In this document: positions 1 to 9,656 of the stretch, one piece after another | How the letters are laid out: each line of letters begins with the position of its first letter | How positions within the stretch are numbered: position 1 is the first letter of the stretch | Origin: a virus | DNA length: 64,000 nucleotides | Virus record (IMG/VR): IMGVR_UViG_3300045988_175246 | Reading direction: 5' to 3' (one strand) | Position numbers and translations under genes: made by a program | Notes under the pieces: model-generated | Told to the model about the DNA's origin: nothing | Seen by the model: only the letters and a program-made list of their open reading frames with translations | Database searches by the model: none

Positions 1-298
1 TTTCTTTTTTCTTTTTTTCTTTTCTTGGTTTTCTTAGTTCTTTCTTTTGATGTGATGGTGTTTTGTTTTTCTTTTTTCTGATTTTTGGTGGGGAGTGTTT
101 TCTATCTTTTTGTCTTTTTGGTTTTGGTTCTCTTTTCTTTTTTGAATCCGCTATTCATGTTGACCTACCGGCGCGGGGAATTGTTTTTCCCGTTTTCCCC
201 GTTTAGGGATGCTGTCGGGCGTTACACTCGTGAATTGAAAATACAGAACACCTCGTTCCGACTGTTAACAGCCTGTACGACCGGAGTGTTCGCTGGAT

Positions 299-1021
299 AT
301 GACGAAAGAAGGTATGATGCCAGACTTCACCAATTGGGGATTCAACAACAACCAGCAGTCGGAGCAGGACAATGGTTACGGTTCCGACAATTATGCTGAA
401 CCGGAGCAGTCTTCTGTCGAGGAGTCGCAGACGGAATCCGATTCTCTTAATCAGGAGAGTTCGGAGTCTGTCTCTGACGTGTCCGCACCGGCTGATGGTG
501 AGGATGTGAACGTGGACGCTGAGTCCACTGAAACCGAAGACAAGCCGAGGGGGAAGGGTAAGGGCCGTTCCAATCGCAAACCGCGTGAGAAGACCATGCC
601 GCACATCGAGGAACAGTTCGGCAAGAAGCTGATTCCTCTTGTCAAATCGTTGGATGACGAGCGTGTGGTTTCTCTCGCCAAGGCGTTGACCGATACGAAG
701 AAGAGCACTCCGGAAGCAGTGCTGGACGCATTGACCGAGCCGAAGAACCAACGTCGAATCTCTGAGTTCGCGTCCGCGTTGGAAGGGTTGGCTACAGCCG
801 AGCCGGGCATGATTGCCGCAGAGGTTACTCTGGTGTTCGCGCAGGGCAAGGATATGACCAACCTGCTGTTCTCCGTGCTGAACGCGGTCGCGCCGGAGAA
901 GAATTTCGGCCGTCCGGTTGACGACCAGTCTCCTGCCGGAATGCGTAAGAACCTGAGCAAGATTGTCGATAATTGGGGTGACGGTGTTGACCTTTCCGTT
1001 ATCGATGAGCTGAAAATCTGA
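299..1021 (+). CDS. hypothetical highly acidic protein
   Basis: 240-aa ORF; N-terminal half D/E/S-rich (SEQDNGYGSDNYAEPEQSSVEESQTESDS...), helical C-terminal half; hairpin at ~1040-1075 between convergent genes; antisense ORF 451..1080 rejected. Confidence 0.5.
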   Translation: MTKEGMMPDFTNWGFNNNQQSEQDNGYGSDNYAEPEQSSVEESQTESDSLNQESSESVSDVSAPADGEDVNVDAESTETEDKPRGKGKGRSNRKPREKTMPHIEEQFGKKLIPLVKSLDDERVVSLAKALTDTKKSTPEAVLDALTEPKNQRRISEFASALEGLATAEPGMIAAEVTLVFAQGKDMTNLLFSVLNAVAPEKNFGRPVDDQSPAGMRKNLSKIVDNWGDGVDLSVIDELKI

Positions 1022-1087
1022 GTTCCCATTCCGACATCATTGAGGGGAGTCGTCCTTACGGTCGGCTCCCCTCTGTTCATACTCGAA

Positions 1088-1852
1088 CTATTGTCTGCGA
1101 CGTAATCTCAAAGCGTCTTCGGACGAGTACACTCCGAACGGGCTGATGGTCACACTGTATTTCGTTATACGATACGTCCACTCGTTCTGACTGTCGTTTA
1201 ACTCCTTGAATCTATTTAGAAGATTCTGCTTGGAGAGGCTTTGCCTGCTTGCTGGAAGCAGTGATGGAAGGTCTGCCCGTTCGATGATGAGCCTATGGTC
1301 GTTCGGACAATACAATGCCGCCAATGCGAGCAGGTCTATCGCTATGGCGCTACCCGCGTTGGGGTACAGACACTTCAACGGCATCTGCCGGACGTTCCTT
1401 GTCATCATTTTTACGAACGGTTCCGTGAACGTGATTTTCCGATGCTCGATAGTGAGACTGTCGGCGGTGATTTCGGTGTGTTCGACCGGCGTGACTTTGA
1501 CTCCGTCCGCTCCGGTGAACTGGATTGACGAGAGCATGAGAAGCTGGTTCCGGACGGTAGTGCGTCCGTCTCCTCCACTGTTCAAACCGCATTTGTTGGC
1601 GAGGAAGAAGAAGTCGTCGCCGATGGTGAGCGTGCGGGTTTCCGCATCCCATTCGCGGCTTGGCGTGTTGATGAGAGTGGTGATGATTATGCTTAACAGT
1701 CTCGGTACTCTACCGGAGAAACTGTTCTTGGTTTTCGCACGATAGGGTGCGAACAGCGGATAGGATTCCGCGGTGAGATAGCCGATATCGTAGCCGAGTA
1801 TCGTATGATAGTCGGCTTTCAGGGTCTCCAGCCCATAGGTTCCTTCGTTCAT
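1088..1852 (-). CDS. hypothetical protein (possibly replication/DNA-associated; no diagnostic motif recognised)
   Basis: 254-aa ORF with ordinary amino-acid composition; overlapping plus-strand ORF 1206..1745 is S/R/C-rich junk. Confidence 0.45.
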   Translation of the reverse strand: MNEGTYGLETLKADYHTILGYDIGYLTAESYPLFAPYRAKTKNSFSGRVPRLLSIIITTLINTPSREWDAETRTLTIGDDFFFLANKCGLNSGGDGRTTVRNQLLMLSSIQFTGADGVKVTPVEHTEITADSLTIEHRKITFTEPFVKMMTRNVRQMPLKCLYPNAGSAIAIDLLALAALYCPNDHRLIIERADLPSLLPASRQSLSKQNLLNRFKELNDSQNEWTYRITKYSVTISPFGVYSSEDALRLRRRQ

Positions 1853-1976
1853 TGTGTCTCCTTATAAAAATGACGGGCGTGTGGTTCCGTCGATAACACA
1901 ATGATACCCCCAGTATTGTGAGGTCGGATACCAAAAGGTGCCGGTTGACAGCACCGTCCACCGGCACCCTGATGGG

Positions 1977-2285
1977 TTACAAGTCTTTCCTATCCGGCTT
2001 TGAACCGTTCCCATCCGTATCGGGTTTTTTATCCCTACCCACAGGTCTACGAAGTCCAGAGCCGGATTGTCCGGCCACACGACGTTCCAATCGAAGCTGG
2101 TACCGAATCTTCTCCAAGGTCTTCGACGTGTCAGTGATGTTCCCTTTACGGGCTTCACGAATCCACAGTTGACAACCCCGGTCGAGCATGACGACGTCGG
2201 ATAGTTTCGGTTGCCTTCCGGAACGTTTCAGTGACTTCGCCGGTGTCTGGTTTTGGTGTTGCTCATCGTCGCACATTCCGCCCAC
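1977..2285 (-). CDS. hypothetical small basic protein (gene model uncertain)
   Basis: One of three mutually overlapping minus-strand ORFs between the AAA ATPase gene and 1088..1852 (alternatives 1862..2158 and 2228..2443); charged K/R-rich composition favours this frame. Confidence 0.25.
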   Translation of the reverse strand: MGGMCDDEQHQNQTPAKSLKRSGRQPKLSDVVMLDRGCQLWIREARKGNITDTSKTLEKIRYQLRLERRVAGQSGSGLRRPVGRDKKPDTDGNGSKPDRKDL

Positions 2286-2490
2286 CTTTCCTTTTCACTG
2301 GGGTGGGCGAGCTGGTGTTGCGCCCACTTTCTCGCTTGTTTCATAGCGGCTTTCTTGCCGCCGTTGAGAGTGTGGGCAGTACCGTTCGCAATGGGAGTGA
2401 AGAATCCTTCATCTTCCACTTCGGCGCTCCACAGATATGACATGAAACCGTTTCTGCGGACATTGATATCGAACTTGTATCCGTCACGGT

Positions 2491-3447
2491 TCACTGGTTG
2501 GAAACCTCCATCTTCAGAGAGTTGAAAGCATTGACGAACAGGTCGGTCGGAATGGTTTCCGAACCGGAAATCAAAGTCTTGCGGGCCAGATTGTCCACTG
2601 TTTGGACGATAAGGGCTGGACTTATGTTCTCCACATTGATGTCGCATGGTCGAACGTCGGCTTGGATATTCAACTCCTTAAGCCGGTGCATGATAATAAG
2701 CCTTGTCGTAGTCTTGTCGGGAAGTGTCATGCGAACTCGAACGTCGAACCGACGCCATGCGGCACGGTCGATGAGACCGTCCATGTTGGTCGCGCAGATG
2801 AGAATGCAATCCTCCGGAAGCAGGTCTATTTTCTGTAACATGAGATTGGTTGCCCGACGCATTTCGGCAACGTCATGGGAGTTGTCGCGCCGTGCCAGAA
2901 GCATGTCGCATTCGTCTATGAACAGGAGCTTTCGTTCCATGTGGAGCCGGTCGAACACCAAGGCGATATTGGTTAACGTCTTACCGAGCTGACTGCTGAT
3001 AACACGGTCTGCACGAAGGATGACCCCATCCAGCCCAAGCCTCTCCGACAGGATGGAAGCGAAGGTGGTCTTACCCGTGCCGGGCGCTCCAGTGAGCATG
3101 ATTCGATTACGGGGAGCGAGATTATGCGCGGTCAGGACATCCAGTTTCCCATATTCGGCAACCAGCCCATCCAACAATCCCCGCACGGTCTTATCCCATA
3201 CGGGCTTATGAGTCCCGTCCGGTGGGAGCAACGGTTCGGTCAACCCGTCAACCGGTGCCAGACTCGCATTGACAGCCAGTCCCTTCTCTCGTTCCGACTC
3301 CGCCAGCCGACGTAGATTCGTAGTGTAGGCGGTCGGCTTGGCTTTCTCCACCGAGTCGGCCAGCAAGTCGATTTGCTGGGACAGTTTCAAATGGTCTCCG
3401 TTGCATGCGGCTCTGACCAGTCGAAGCATTTCCGTGCTGTTTAACAT
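2491..3447 (-). CDS. AAA+ family ATPase
   Basis: Walker A LTGAPGTGKTT, Walker B LLFIDECD, sensor region and C-terminal helical lid; 318 aa. Confidence 0.8.
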   Translation of the reverse strand: MLNSTEMLRLVRAACNGDHLKLSQQIDLLADSVEKAKPTAYTTNLRRLAESEREKGLAVNASLAPVDGLTEPLLPPDGTHKPVWDKTVRGLLDGLVAEYGKLDVLTAHNLAPRNRIMLTGAPGTGKTTFASILSERLGLDGVILRADRVISSQLGKTLTNIALVFDRLHMERKLLFIDECDMLLARRDNSHDVAEMRRATNLMLQKIDLLPEDCILICATNMDGLIDRAAWRRFDVRVRMTLPDKTTTRLIIMHRLKELNIQADVRPCDINVENISPALIVQTVDNLARKTLISGSETIPTDLFVNAFNSLKMEVSNQ

Positions 3448-3549
3448 ACTGACCTTCCTGCTTTCTGAAAATGATTTTTGTCAATAAACGTTATGGTCAA
3501 TGTTTGAGAAGTAGAAGGAAGTATAAATACGGCAGTCTTCCAATCTAAT

Positions 3550-3780
3550 CTATTTGAGAGAGGAACCGTAGACGATGATGGAACCCACCGAAACCGACAA
3601 CACCAGCAGTGACACGACGGTCATCAGCCGATAGTTGAACAGGTCTGAACGGGATTTCTCGTCAGGCATCCGACTCATTCTTCCTATCGACAGTCGAGCG
3701 TAATGCACCAGCGCGGTCAAGCTCAACGCCGACAATATTATGAGAGAAACCATGCAACATATCTGCTCTTTGGAATACAT
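3550..3780 (-). CDS. small membrane protein
   Basis: 76 aa with two hydrophobic segments (MVSLIILSALSLTALV..., LMTVVSLLVLSVSVGSIIVY). Confidence 0.4.
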   Translation of the reverse strand: MYSKEQICCMVSLIILSALSLTALVHYARLSIGRMSRMPDEKSRSDLFNYRLMTVVSLLVLSVSVGSIIVYGSSLK

Positions 3781-4121
3781 CAGACGCCTTTACGAAGCCA
3801 CAAATCTGGATGGTCGAGATACGGGTACAGTTCGGGAATCTTTCGCACAGCTTCCTGAATCCAACCGTTCTCGCAGATACGTTCTAAATAATCTAATGGC
3901 TTGCGTTGCAGGGACTTCGACTTGGTGTTCCGTGCCTTGTGGATTGCTTCCACAGCCTTCTTGTTCGCCTGTTGGAATGTGATTTTTCCTTTGGCCTTAT
4001 CGTCCGAAATGGTTTGCAACCTTGCTATCAGACGGTTGATGGTAGCCATATCCTTGGCGTATGGGCGTGCCGGAATGGCTGTTCTGCTTATGTTTTCCTT
4101 GCCGAATCCGTTGCCGCTCAA
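3780..4121 (-). CDS. hypothetical protein, paralog of 4118..4573
   Basis: Shares ...ISDDKAKGKITFQQANKKAVEAIHKA... and ENGWIQEAVRKIPELYPYLDHPDLW with its neighbour (TISYEEANHLAVDAVATA / TNGWIREAANEMGLVYPDLDYPERW); probable true start at internal Met (MATINRL...). Confidence 0.5.
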   Translation of the reverse strand: MSGNGFGKENISRTAIPARPYAKDMATINRLIARLQTISDDKAKGKITFQQANKKAVEAIHKARNTKSKSLQRKPLDYLERICENGWIQEAVRKIPELYPYLDHPDLWLRKGV

Positions 4122-4573
4122 ACCGTTGCCTTCCTTTCCTTTTTACGGCTATGGTCTCGATGTTTGCCCCACCGTTCCGGATAGTCCAAGTCCGGGTAAA
4201 CCAAGCCCATCTCGTTTGCCGCTTCACGAATCCAACCGTTGGTGCAAAGCTTGCAGAGTCGTACCATGGGGCCGCTCGTGGCGCGTGGCATTCCTCCGTT
4301 GGCGGTCGCCACCGCGTCCACGGCGAGATGGTTCGCCTCCTCATATGAGATTGTTCCGTCGCTTTTACCGTCGGCTATCTCCCACAATCTTTTACGCAGG
4401 TTGAAGAGCTTCTTGGCCTTCTCGAACGTTGGATGGTATGTCTGTATGGTTTCCGGCATTGTCCTGTCCGAATACTCCTTTCGTGTTGTCCACTGTGCTC
4501 GGATTGCGTTTTTCAGGTCAGAGTCCGGCCTGTTGGAAACGGCCAATCCAATATTTGTAGTCGGCGTCCGCAT
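4118..4573 (-). CDS. hypothetical protein, paralog of 3780..4121
   Basis: Tandem duplicate; stop/start overlap with downstream paralog; probable true start at internal Met (MPETIQTY...). Confidence 0.5.
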   Translation of the reverse strand: MRTPTTNIGLAVSNRPDSDLKNAIRAQWTTRKEYSDRTMPETIQTYHPTFEKAKKLFNLRKRLWEIADGKSDGTISYEEANHLAVDAVATANGGMPRATSGPMVRLCKLCTNGWIREAANEMGLVYPDLDYPERWGKHRDHSRKKERKATV

Positions 4574-4898
4574 ACGCTTTGTTGCATGTGGTGAGGATTT
4601 CCTGATATCGGACTTGAAGGTCGGGTTGGTATCGTTCAGTGGACTTCGGGAGCACTGTGGTCATGGCCCCATGGTTGAACAGCAACACCTCACGGTCGGC
4701 GGCTTCGTGTTCGAGTTTGCGGTCGATTCCCTCAAACCATTGGTGTACCTCGTCGTCGTTTGGCAGTCGGCCTTCGCCAATCATTCTGCTCATGGTGTCC
4801 TTGAGGTCGAGCAGCGCGTCCTGCATGCGTTCGTTCTTGAACAGGAGTCGTTCCACTTCGGTTCTCGGCTCTCGTTCGGTGTTGTTTTTATCGTCCAT
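4518..4898 (-). CDS. hypothetical protein
   Basis: 126-aa charged helical ORF (ERLLFKNERMQDALLDLKDTMSRM...). Confidence 0.45.
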   Translation of the reverse strand: MDDKNNTEREPRTEVERLLFKNERMQDALLDLKDTMSRMIGEGRLPNDDEVHQWFEGIDRKLEHEAADREVLLFNHGAMTTVLPKSTERYQPDLQVRYQEILTTCNKAYADADYKYWIGRFQQAGL

Positions 4899-4974
4899 TG
4901 GTTTCCTTCGTTCCTGCGAACATGCCTATGCCCCAGTCCGTTCGGGCTGGGGCATTCCTGTTTGTTTTAGGCGT

Positions 4975-5140
4975 CGAGTTTCTTGATGAAGTGAGCGAAC
5001 AGTGCGGTGGAGCTGAGTAGGAATGTGATGCTGGTGATTGCCATTACCACGTGGCCGTAATCCTGTCTCCACATGAGGAGTGCGCTGACGATTGTGATGA
5101 GTGTCAGTGTCAGGTTGATGTTGTTTTCCGTCTGTTTGCT
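4975..5140 (-). CDS. small membrane protein (55 aa), driven by a minus-strand copy of the conserved array promoter
   Basis: Own translation of minus strand: MSKQTENNINLTLTLITIVSALLMWRQDYGHVVMAITSITFLLSSTALFAHFIKKLDA; hairpin+T-rich 3' of stop (4931-4954); promoter motif copy at 5190-5212. Confidence 0.4.
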
Positions 5141-5189
5141 CATGGTTTCTTCTTTTTGTTCTGGCGTGTTGGGGAGTGTGTGGCTCCCT

Positions 5190-5212
5190 TTTTTGTGGAC
5201 GTTTCCAGTATA
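5190..5212 (-). promoter_or_regulatory. conserved promoter/leader motif, minus-strand copy (TATACTGGAAACGTCCACAAAAA)
   Basis: Reverse complement of 5190-5212 matches the motif repeated about 25 times at 25.9-52.5 kb; lies ~50 nt upstream of the ATG at 5140. Confidence 0.45.
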
Positions 5213-5342
5213 ACAAAGGGTGTGGTCGAACGCAAATCATCCGACCGCGAATCTCCGAACGCTTGCATACCCCCACCTAGTGTGTTAAGCTGACCTCGCC
5301 CACACAAAACATTCCACAGGAACGGAAAAGACCACAGAAACA

Positions 5343-5567
5343 ATGAGCGCAACCGAATACGACAACGGCAACACATCCGCACTCCAAGTCATCGGCAACG
5401 AGGGAACCAACAAACTCACCATCCTCCAATCCCCCAGCTTCGGGAAGGAACTCATGTTCACCATCACCGACAGCGACACCGCGACCAGCGTCGTCGTCAA
5501 CGATATAGAAACCCTCCGCAAAATCAGAGACTTCCTCAACGAAAGCATCCGCTGGATGGAAGCGTGA
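5343..5567 (+). CDS. hypothetical small protein
   Basis: 74-aa ORF; opposite-strand ORFs 5277..5879 and 5285..5638 are G/D/V-rich antisense artefacts. Confidence 0.4.
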   Translation: MSATEYDNGNTSALQVIGNEGTNKLTILQSPSFGKELMFTITDSDTATSVVVNDIETLRKIRDFLNESIRWMEA

Positions 5568-5570
5568 ACC

Positions 5571-6122
5571 ATGGTCGAAGACACTGTCTGCACCATCGGC
5601 GTATATGGTGGCCGACAACCGTCCATACTCGTCAACAACCATCTCGTCTACGGTCGGATGCCCGACTCCGAAACCCAGCCGGACATCATCGCGGACGTTC
5701 CGAAGAACAGGCTCGTCGCCAACCTCAACCCAGCCTCCGACGGCATGACGGACAGTCCCAGACTTCCGTTGGAACTGTTCGCCGCATGGCTCGCCAACGG
5801 TGACGTGGGCATCAGCTCGCTCGCCATCGTCCAACGGCTCACCGGAATCACAATGACCGTGAACGGCACGCGCAAACATGGTTGCGAGGACACTCCGAAA
5901 GACCCCGGAGACCTACGTCGGATACTCGGAATGTTCGACATGGTGCCATCCGCACGTGCCTATCTGAGTCTCATGCGCGACGTGTCGGACGATTGGAAAA
6001 CCATCATCGACCATTGGGACGAACTCGAAAAACAGTATCGGAAAGAGGAACACAATCCATCCGGTTGCGCCCCCAAAACCTACCGGATACTGAAACGATT
6101 GAAGGAAGGAAACCATGCCTAA
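5571..6122 (+). CDS. hypothetical protein
   Basis: 183-aa ORF; 8-nt overlap with the following ParB-like gene. Confidence 0.45.
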   Translation: MVEDTVCTIGVYGGRQPSILVNNHLVYGRMPDSETQPDIIADVPKNRLVANLNPASDGMTDSPRLPLELFAAWLANGDVGISSLAIVQRLTGITMTVNGTRKHGCEDTPKDPGDLRRILGMFDMVPSARAYLSLMRDVSDDWKTIIDHWDELEKQYRKEEHNPSGCAPKTYRILKRLKEGNHA

Positions 6123-7878
6123 CAAAGACATCAAAACCGAACCACGGTTCATGACCATGATTCAGAAAGACCTCCTCCCGACATGCAAGGCGTTGAATCT
6201 CGACGTTGACCCGTTCGCCAACGCGCGAACCGTGTTCATCGACCGTGACAGCGTGGGACGGATTCTCTCCTACATGAGCGACCATGAAATCAACCCCGAA
6301 TGGTACGGCCTCCTGCCTGATAATCTGTTCGTCGGAACCGGACTGCCGGTACTCACCGGCGTCGAAGGAGAATACTTCGCCCGTATGACCGGACGGAACC
6401 TCACCAAGAAAGTCGCGGCGAAAACATTCATCGCGGACATGGAAGCCTACTGGCTGAGCAAGGACAATCTGAAACGGACTGACGGTACGAAAGGCAACGG
6501 AACCACGCTCGGTTTCGGACGTTGCCCCGGACTACGCGAAGCCAGCCGATACAACGAACGCATCTTCAAAAGCAACGAATACGAGTACACGAATCCCGTG
6601 GACGAGTATGGCATCGACACTGTTTCACGTTACCGTCAGGTTGGTGAAATCTACAATGAGGTCGGACAATGCTTCAAGGGAATGGCACAGGCGAGTACTC
6701 CCCTCGCACCATTCGTCTTCCTCACCCATAAGGAATACGAGGGCGGACTGGACACGGTTGTGAACCACTGCCCATACATCACCCATTCGGACGCCACCCG
6801 CATCATCGACGGGATGAGACAGTTCCCTCCGAAACGAAGCGTGGACAGGTTCATGCTCGCGTTCACCATGACCGCGTTCGCGTTCGCCATGAATCAGGTC
6901 GAGGAATCCGAACAGTACGAGACGGTCGAAGTGAAACCACCGAAAACCGAAATCAGACGGCATTCCGGCGCTCCGAAAACCACGTTGCTCATCCATTTGA
7001 AACCGGAAGAGCCAGCACCCAAGGCCACGCCATCCTACGCCGGTGAAACCGACGAATACGATTGGGACAGCATCACCGGACGGGTCGAAACCATCACCCC
7101 GGACGTTGCCAAGGAAATGCTCGGCGTGAACACCAACAACCGCAACGTGAGCCGCACACAGGTCGAACTGTTCGCCCGAACCATGGCGCAGAAGGCTTGG
7201 AAAATGAACGGCGAAGCCATCAAATTCAGCAACGCGGGACGCTTGTTGGACGGACAGCACAGGCTCCTCGCATGCGTCGAATCCGGTGTTCCGTTCCGCA
7301 CTCTGGTCATTCGCGGACTGCCCGAAGACACGCAGGAGACCATGGATGCAGGCAAGAGCCGCACCATGGCTAACGTGCTCGAACTGAAAGGCCGCAACAA
7401 CGCCAAACAGCTTTCCACCGTGGCCCGTTCCATCTATCTGAGCGAACAGTTGGGTGTGGAAGCCGCATGCGTCAACAACATGTCACCGACCCGAAATGAA
7501 CTGCTGACGTTCATCGAAAGCACTCCGCAATTGGAGGATACGCTACGACAGGCCAGCACGTTCTACACGAAAAGCAACCATCTCATGTCCACCAGCATGG
7601 CCGCGCTCCTCTACTGGACGTTCAACGAAATCGACAGTGAGGCGTGCGAACGGTTCTTCGACATGCTCGCCACCGGCGCGAATCTTAACGAGGGAAGCCC
7701 CATCCTCGTACTCCGCAACACGCTGTTCGACATCAACAAGCGTGGAGCGCACAGCGACAGGACAAGCCGCCGACGCATCGTCGGAATCACCATCAAAGCG
7801 TGGAACAAATGGCGTGAGGGAGCGACTGTGAAACTCCTCAAATTCTCTCCGAACGAACAGTTCCCGGACGCAATCTGA
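6115..7878 (+). CDS. ParB/Srx-like nuclease-domain protein
   Basis: ParB N-terminal domain signature KFSNAGRLLDGQHRLLACVESG in the C-terminal third; 587 aa. Confidence 0.7.
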   Translation: MPNKDIKTEPRFMTMIQKDLLPTCKALNLDVDPFANARTVFIDRDSVGRILSYMSDHEINPEWYGLLPDNLFVGTGLPVLTGVEGEYFARMTGRNLTKKVAAKTFIADMEAYWLSKDNLKRTDGTKGNGTTLGFGRCPGLREASRYNERIFKSNEYEYTNPVDEYGIDTVSRYRQVGEIYNEVGQCFKGMAQASTPLAPFVFLTHKEYEGGLDTVVNHCPYITHSDATRIIDGMRQFPPKRSVDRFMLAFTMTAFAFAMNQVEESEQYETVEVKPPKTEIRRHSGAPKTTLLIHLKPEEPAPKATPSYAGETDEYDWDSITGRVETITPDVAKEMLGVNTNNRNVSRTQVELFARTMAQKAWKMNGEAIKFSNAGRLLDGQHRLLACVESGVPFRTLVIRGLPEDTQETMDAGKSRTMANVLELKGRNNAKQLSTVARSIYLSEQLGVEAACVNNMSPTRNELLTFIESTPQLEDTLRQASTFYTKSNHLMSTSMAALLYWTFNEIDSEACERFFDMLATGANLNEGSPILVLRNTLFDINKRGAHSDRTSRRRIVGITIKAWNKWREGATVKLLKFSPNEQFPDAI

Positions 7879-7900
7879 CCTTGGAAAGGACAAACAAAGC

Positions 7901-8269
7901 ATGGTCGAAAAACCGAACACATCCCCGGCGAAGCTTCTGACCGCAGACGAGGCTTTGGCCTTGGGAAGACGACCGGAAGTCGTCAACGTCTTGAAAAACA
8001 AGCACGGATGGTGGATAATCTTCACCACCCAATTCCAAGACGAAGTGACCCTCCGCTACCTGCAAGGGGAACGCCCCTCGGAGATATTCCGCAGTCACAA
8101 TCTCGGGCCGGAAATCCTCGGATACAAGCGCATAGAACGTTGCATATACCGGTGGGTCAACCATCCCAGCAACACCCGTATCAGACGTTGGCAAGCGGAA
8201 CACCGCCTATATGAGACGTTGAACAACAAGCAAACCAATCCTGACAAGAAGGAGAACGGCGACAAGTGA
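7901..8269 (+). CDS. small HTH-like DNA-binding protein
   Basis: 122 aa; segment RYLQGERPSEIFRSHNLGPEILGYKRIERCIYRW resembles transposase-type/sigma-like HTH; sits between ParB-like and DnaB genes. Confidence 0.35.
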   Translation: MVEKPNTSPAKLLTADEALALGRRPEVVNVLKNKHGWWIIFTTQFQDEVTLRYLQGERPSEIFRSHNLGPEILGYKRIERCIYRWVNHPSNTRIRRWQAEHRLYETLNNKQTNPDKKENGDK

Positions 8270-9606
8270 GCGTCCCCACACCAATCCACAAGGACATGGC
8301 CGAACAAGTATTGTTGGGGGCCATGCTTCAAGACTCGGAAACGTTGGACAAGGTCATCAGCCAGCTTTCCGAAGAGGACTTCTACCAGCCGACCAACCAG
8401 ACCATCTTCCATAATATAAAGGAACTGGCCGCAGACAATAACCGTGTGGACGCGCAAATGCTGTCCTCGCACATGATGGACAACGGACAGTTGGAACAGG
8501 TCGGCGGCATCGACTACATCGCCCAGCTTGTCGGCTCCGCGCCCACGTCGAACAACAGTGACTATTTCATCAAGCAGATTCGTGACGCGGCCATCCTCCG
8601 CCACATCAACGTGGTCGGACAGCAGTTGCAACAGATGAGCAACGTATCCGACGCGTCAGCCGAAGACGTGCTCAGCAAATCGTTGGAGGCCGCGTTCTCG
8701 TTGGAGGATTCAAGCCGTTCCGAAGACGACGAGTTGAAGACCGCATACCGCCTGTCCGACGAAATGCTCCAACAGTTGGATGAAATGTCACAGAATCCGA
8801 ACGAGTTCGGAACACCCACCGGCTTCCGTGACATCGACGCGTTGACGCACGGATTGCAAGCCGGACAAATGGTCATAGTCGCGGGCCGTCCGGGCATGGG
8901 CAAGAGTACTCTCGGCATGGATTTCGCGCGTAACGCCGCACTGCACAAGGGTCTGCCGACTGTGATTTTCAGTCTGGAAATGGGCGGTCACGAACTCATG
9001 CAACGCATGTTCGCAGCCGAAACAGGCATCCGTCTCGCATCGTTCCAACATCCCGAGAATCTGAACTCGAATGATTGGAACAAACTCAACGCGCTTTGCC
9101 ATCAGGTCGAGAAGGCACCATTGTGGGTTGATGATTCCGCCATCATCAACATGAGCACCATCCGTGCGAAATGCCGTGCTCTCAGCCGCAAGGTCAACGG
9201 GTTGAAGCTTATCGTCATCGACTACCTGCAACTCATGTCCTCCGGTAAAACCGTCGAGAACCGTCAGCAGGAAGTGTCGAACTTCTCCCGCCAATGCAAA
9301 ATGCTCGCCAAGGAACTGCAATGCCCCGTGGTCGTGCTCTCCCAGTTGAACCGTAATGCGGAACAGCGTGCCGACAAGAAGCCGGAACTGTCCGACCTGC
9401 GAGAGTCCGGTTCCATCGAACAGGACGCCGACATGGTGTTTCTCGTGCATCGTCCCGAATACTACGACCGTGAGGAACGTCCGGGCGAAGCCGACGTGAT
9501 TCTCGCCAAACATCGTAACGGGCCTACCGAAACGTTCAATCTCGCGTTCATGGGCGAATGCTCCAAATTCGCGGACATGGCCGCAGGTTTCGAAAACGAG
9601 TTCTGA
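8266..9606 (+). CDS. dnaB: replicative DNA helicase DnaB
   Basis: DnaB N-terminal domain (VLLGAMLQDSETLDKV), Walker A AGRPGMGKST, Walker B LIVIDYLQLM, arginine-finger region SQLNR...LSDLRESGSIEQDADMV; GTG start overlapping the upstream stop. Confidence 0.9.
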   Translation: MSVPTPIHKDMAEQVLLGAMLQDSETLDKVISQLSEEDFYQPTNQTIFHNIKELAADNNRVDAQMLSSHMMDNGQLEQVGGIDYIAQLVGSAPTSNNSDYFIKQIRDAAILRHINVVGQQLQQMSNVSDASAEDVLSKSLEAAFSLEDSSRSEDDELKTAYRLSDEMLQQLDEMSQNPNEFGTPTGFRDIDALTHGLQAGQMVIVAGRPGMGKSTLGMDFARNAALHKGLPTVIFSLEMGGHELMQRMFAAETGIRLASFQHPENLNSNDWNKLNALCHQVEKAPLWVDDSAIINMSTIRAKCRALSRKVNGLKLIVIDYLQLMSSGKTVENRQQEVSNFSRQCKMLAKELQCPVVVLSQLNRNAEQRADKKPELSDLRESGSIEQDADMVFLVHRPEYYDREERPGEADVILAKHRNGPTETFNLAFMGECSKFADMAAGFENEF

Positions 9607-9656
9607 AACAAGTTCTGTCATAGTGGGTACGCCCACAAAAAGAAAGGAAAAAGTCA

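Noticed and set aside
85-751. ORFs 85..399 (+) and 203..751 (-)
   Set aside because: The first translates the T-rich low-complexity tract (F/L/V runs); the second is antisense to the acidic protein gene.
5277-5879. 200-aa and 117-aa minus-strand ORFs
   Set aside because: Overlap better-supported plus-strand genes in operon with ParB/DnaB; D/G/V-rich antisense composition.
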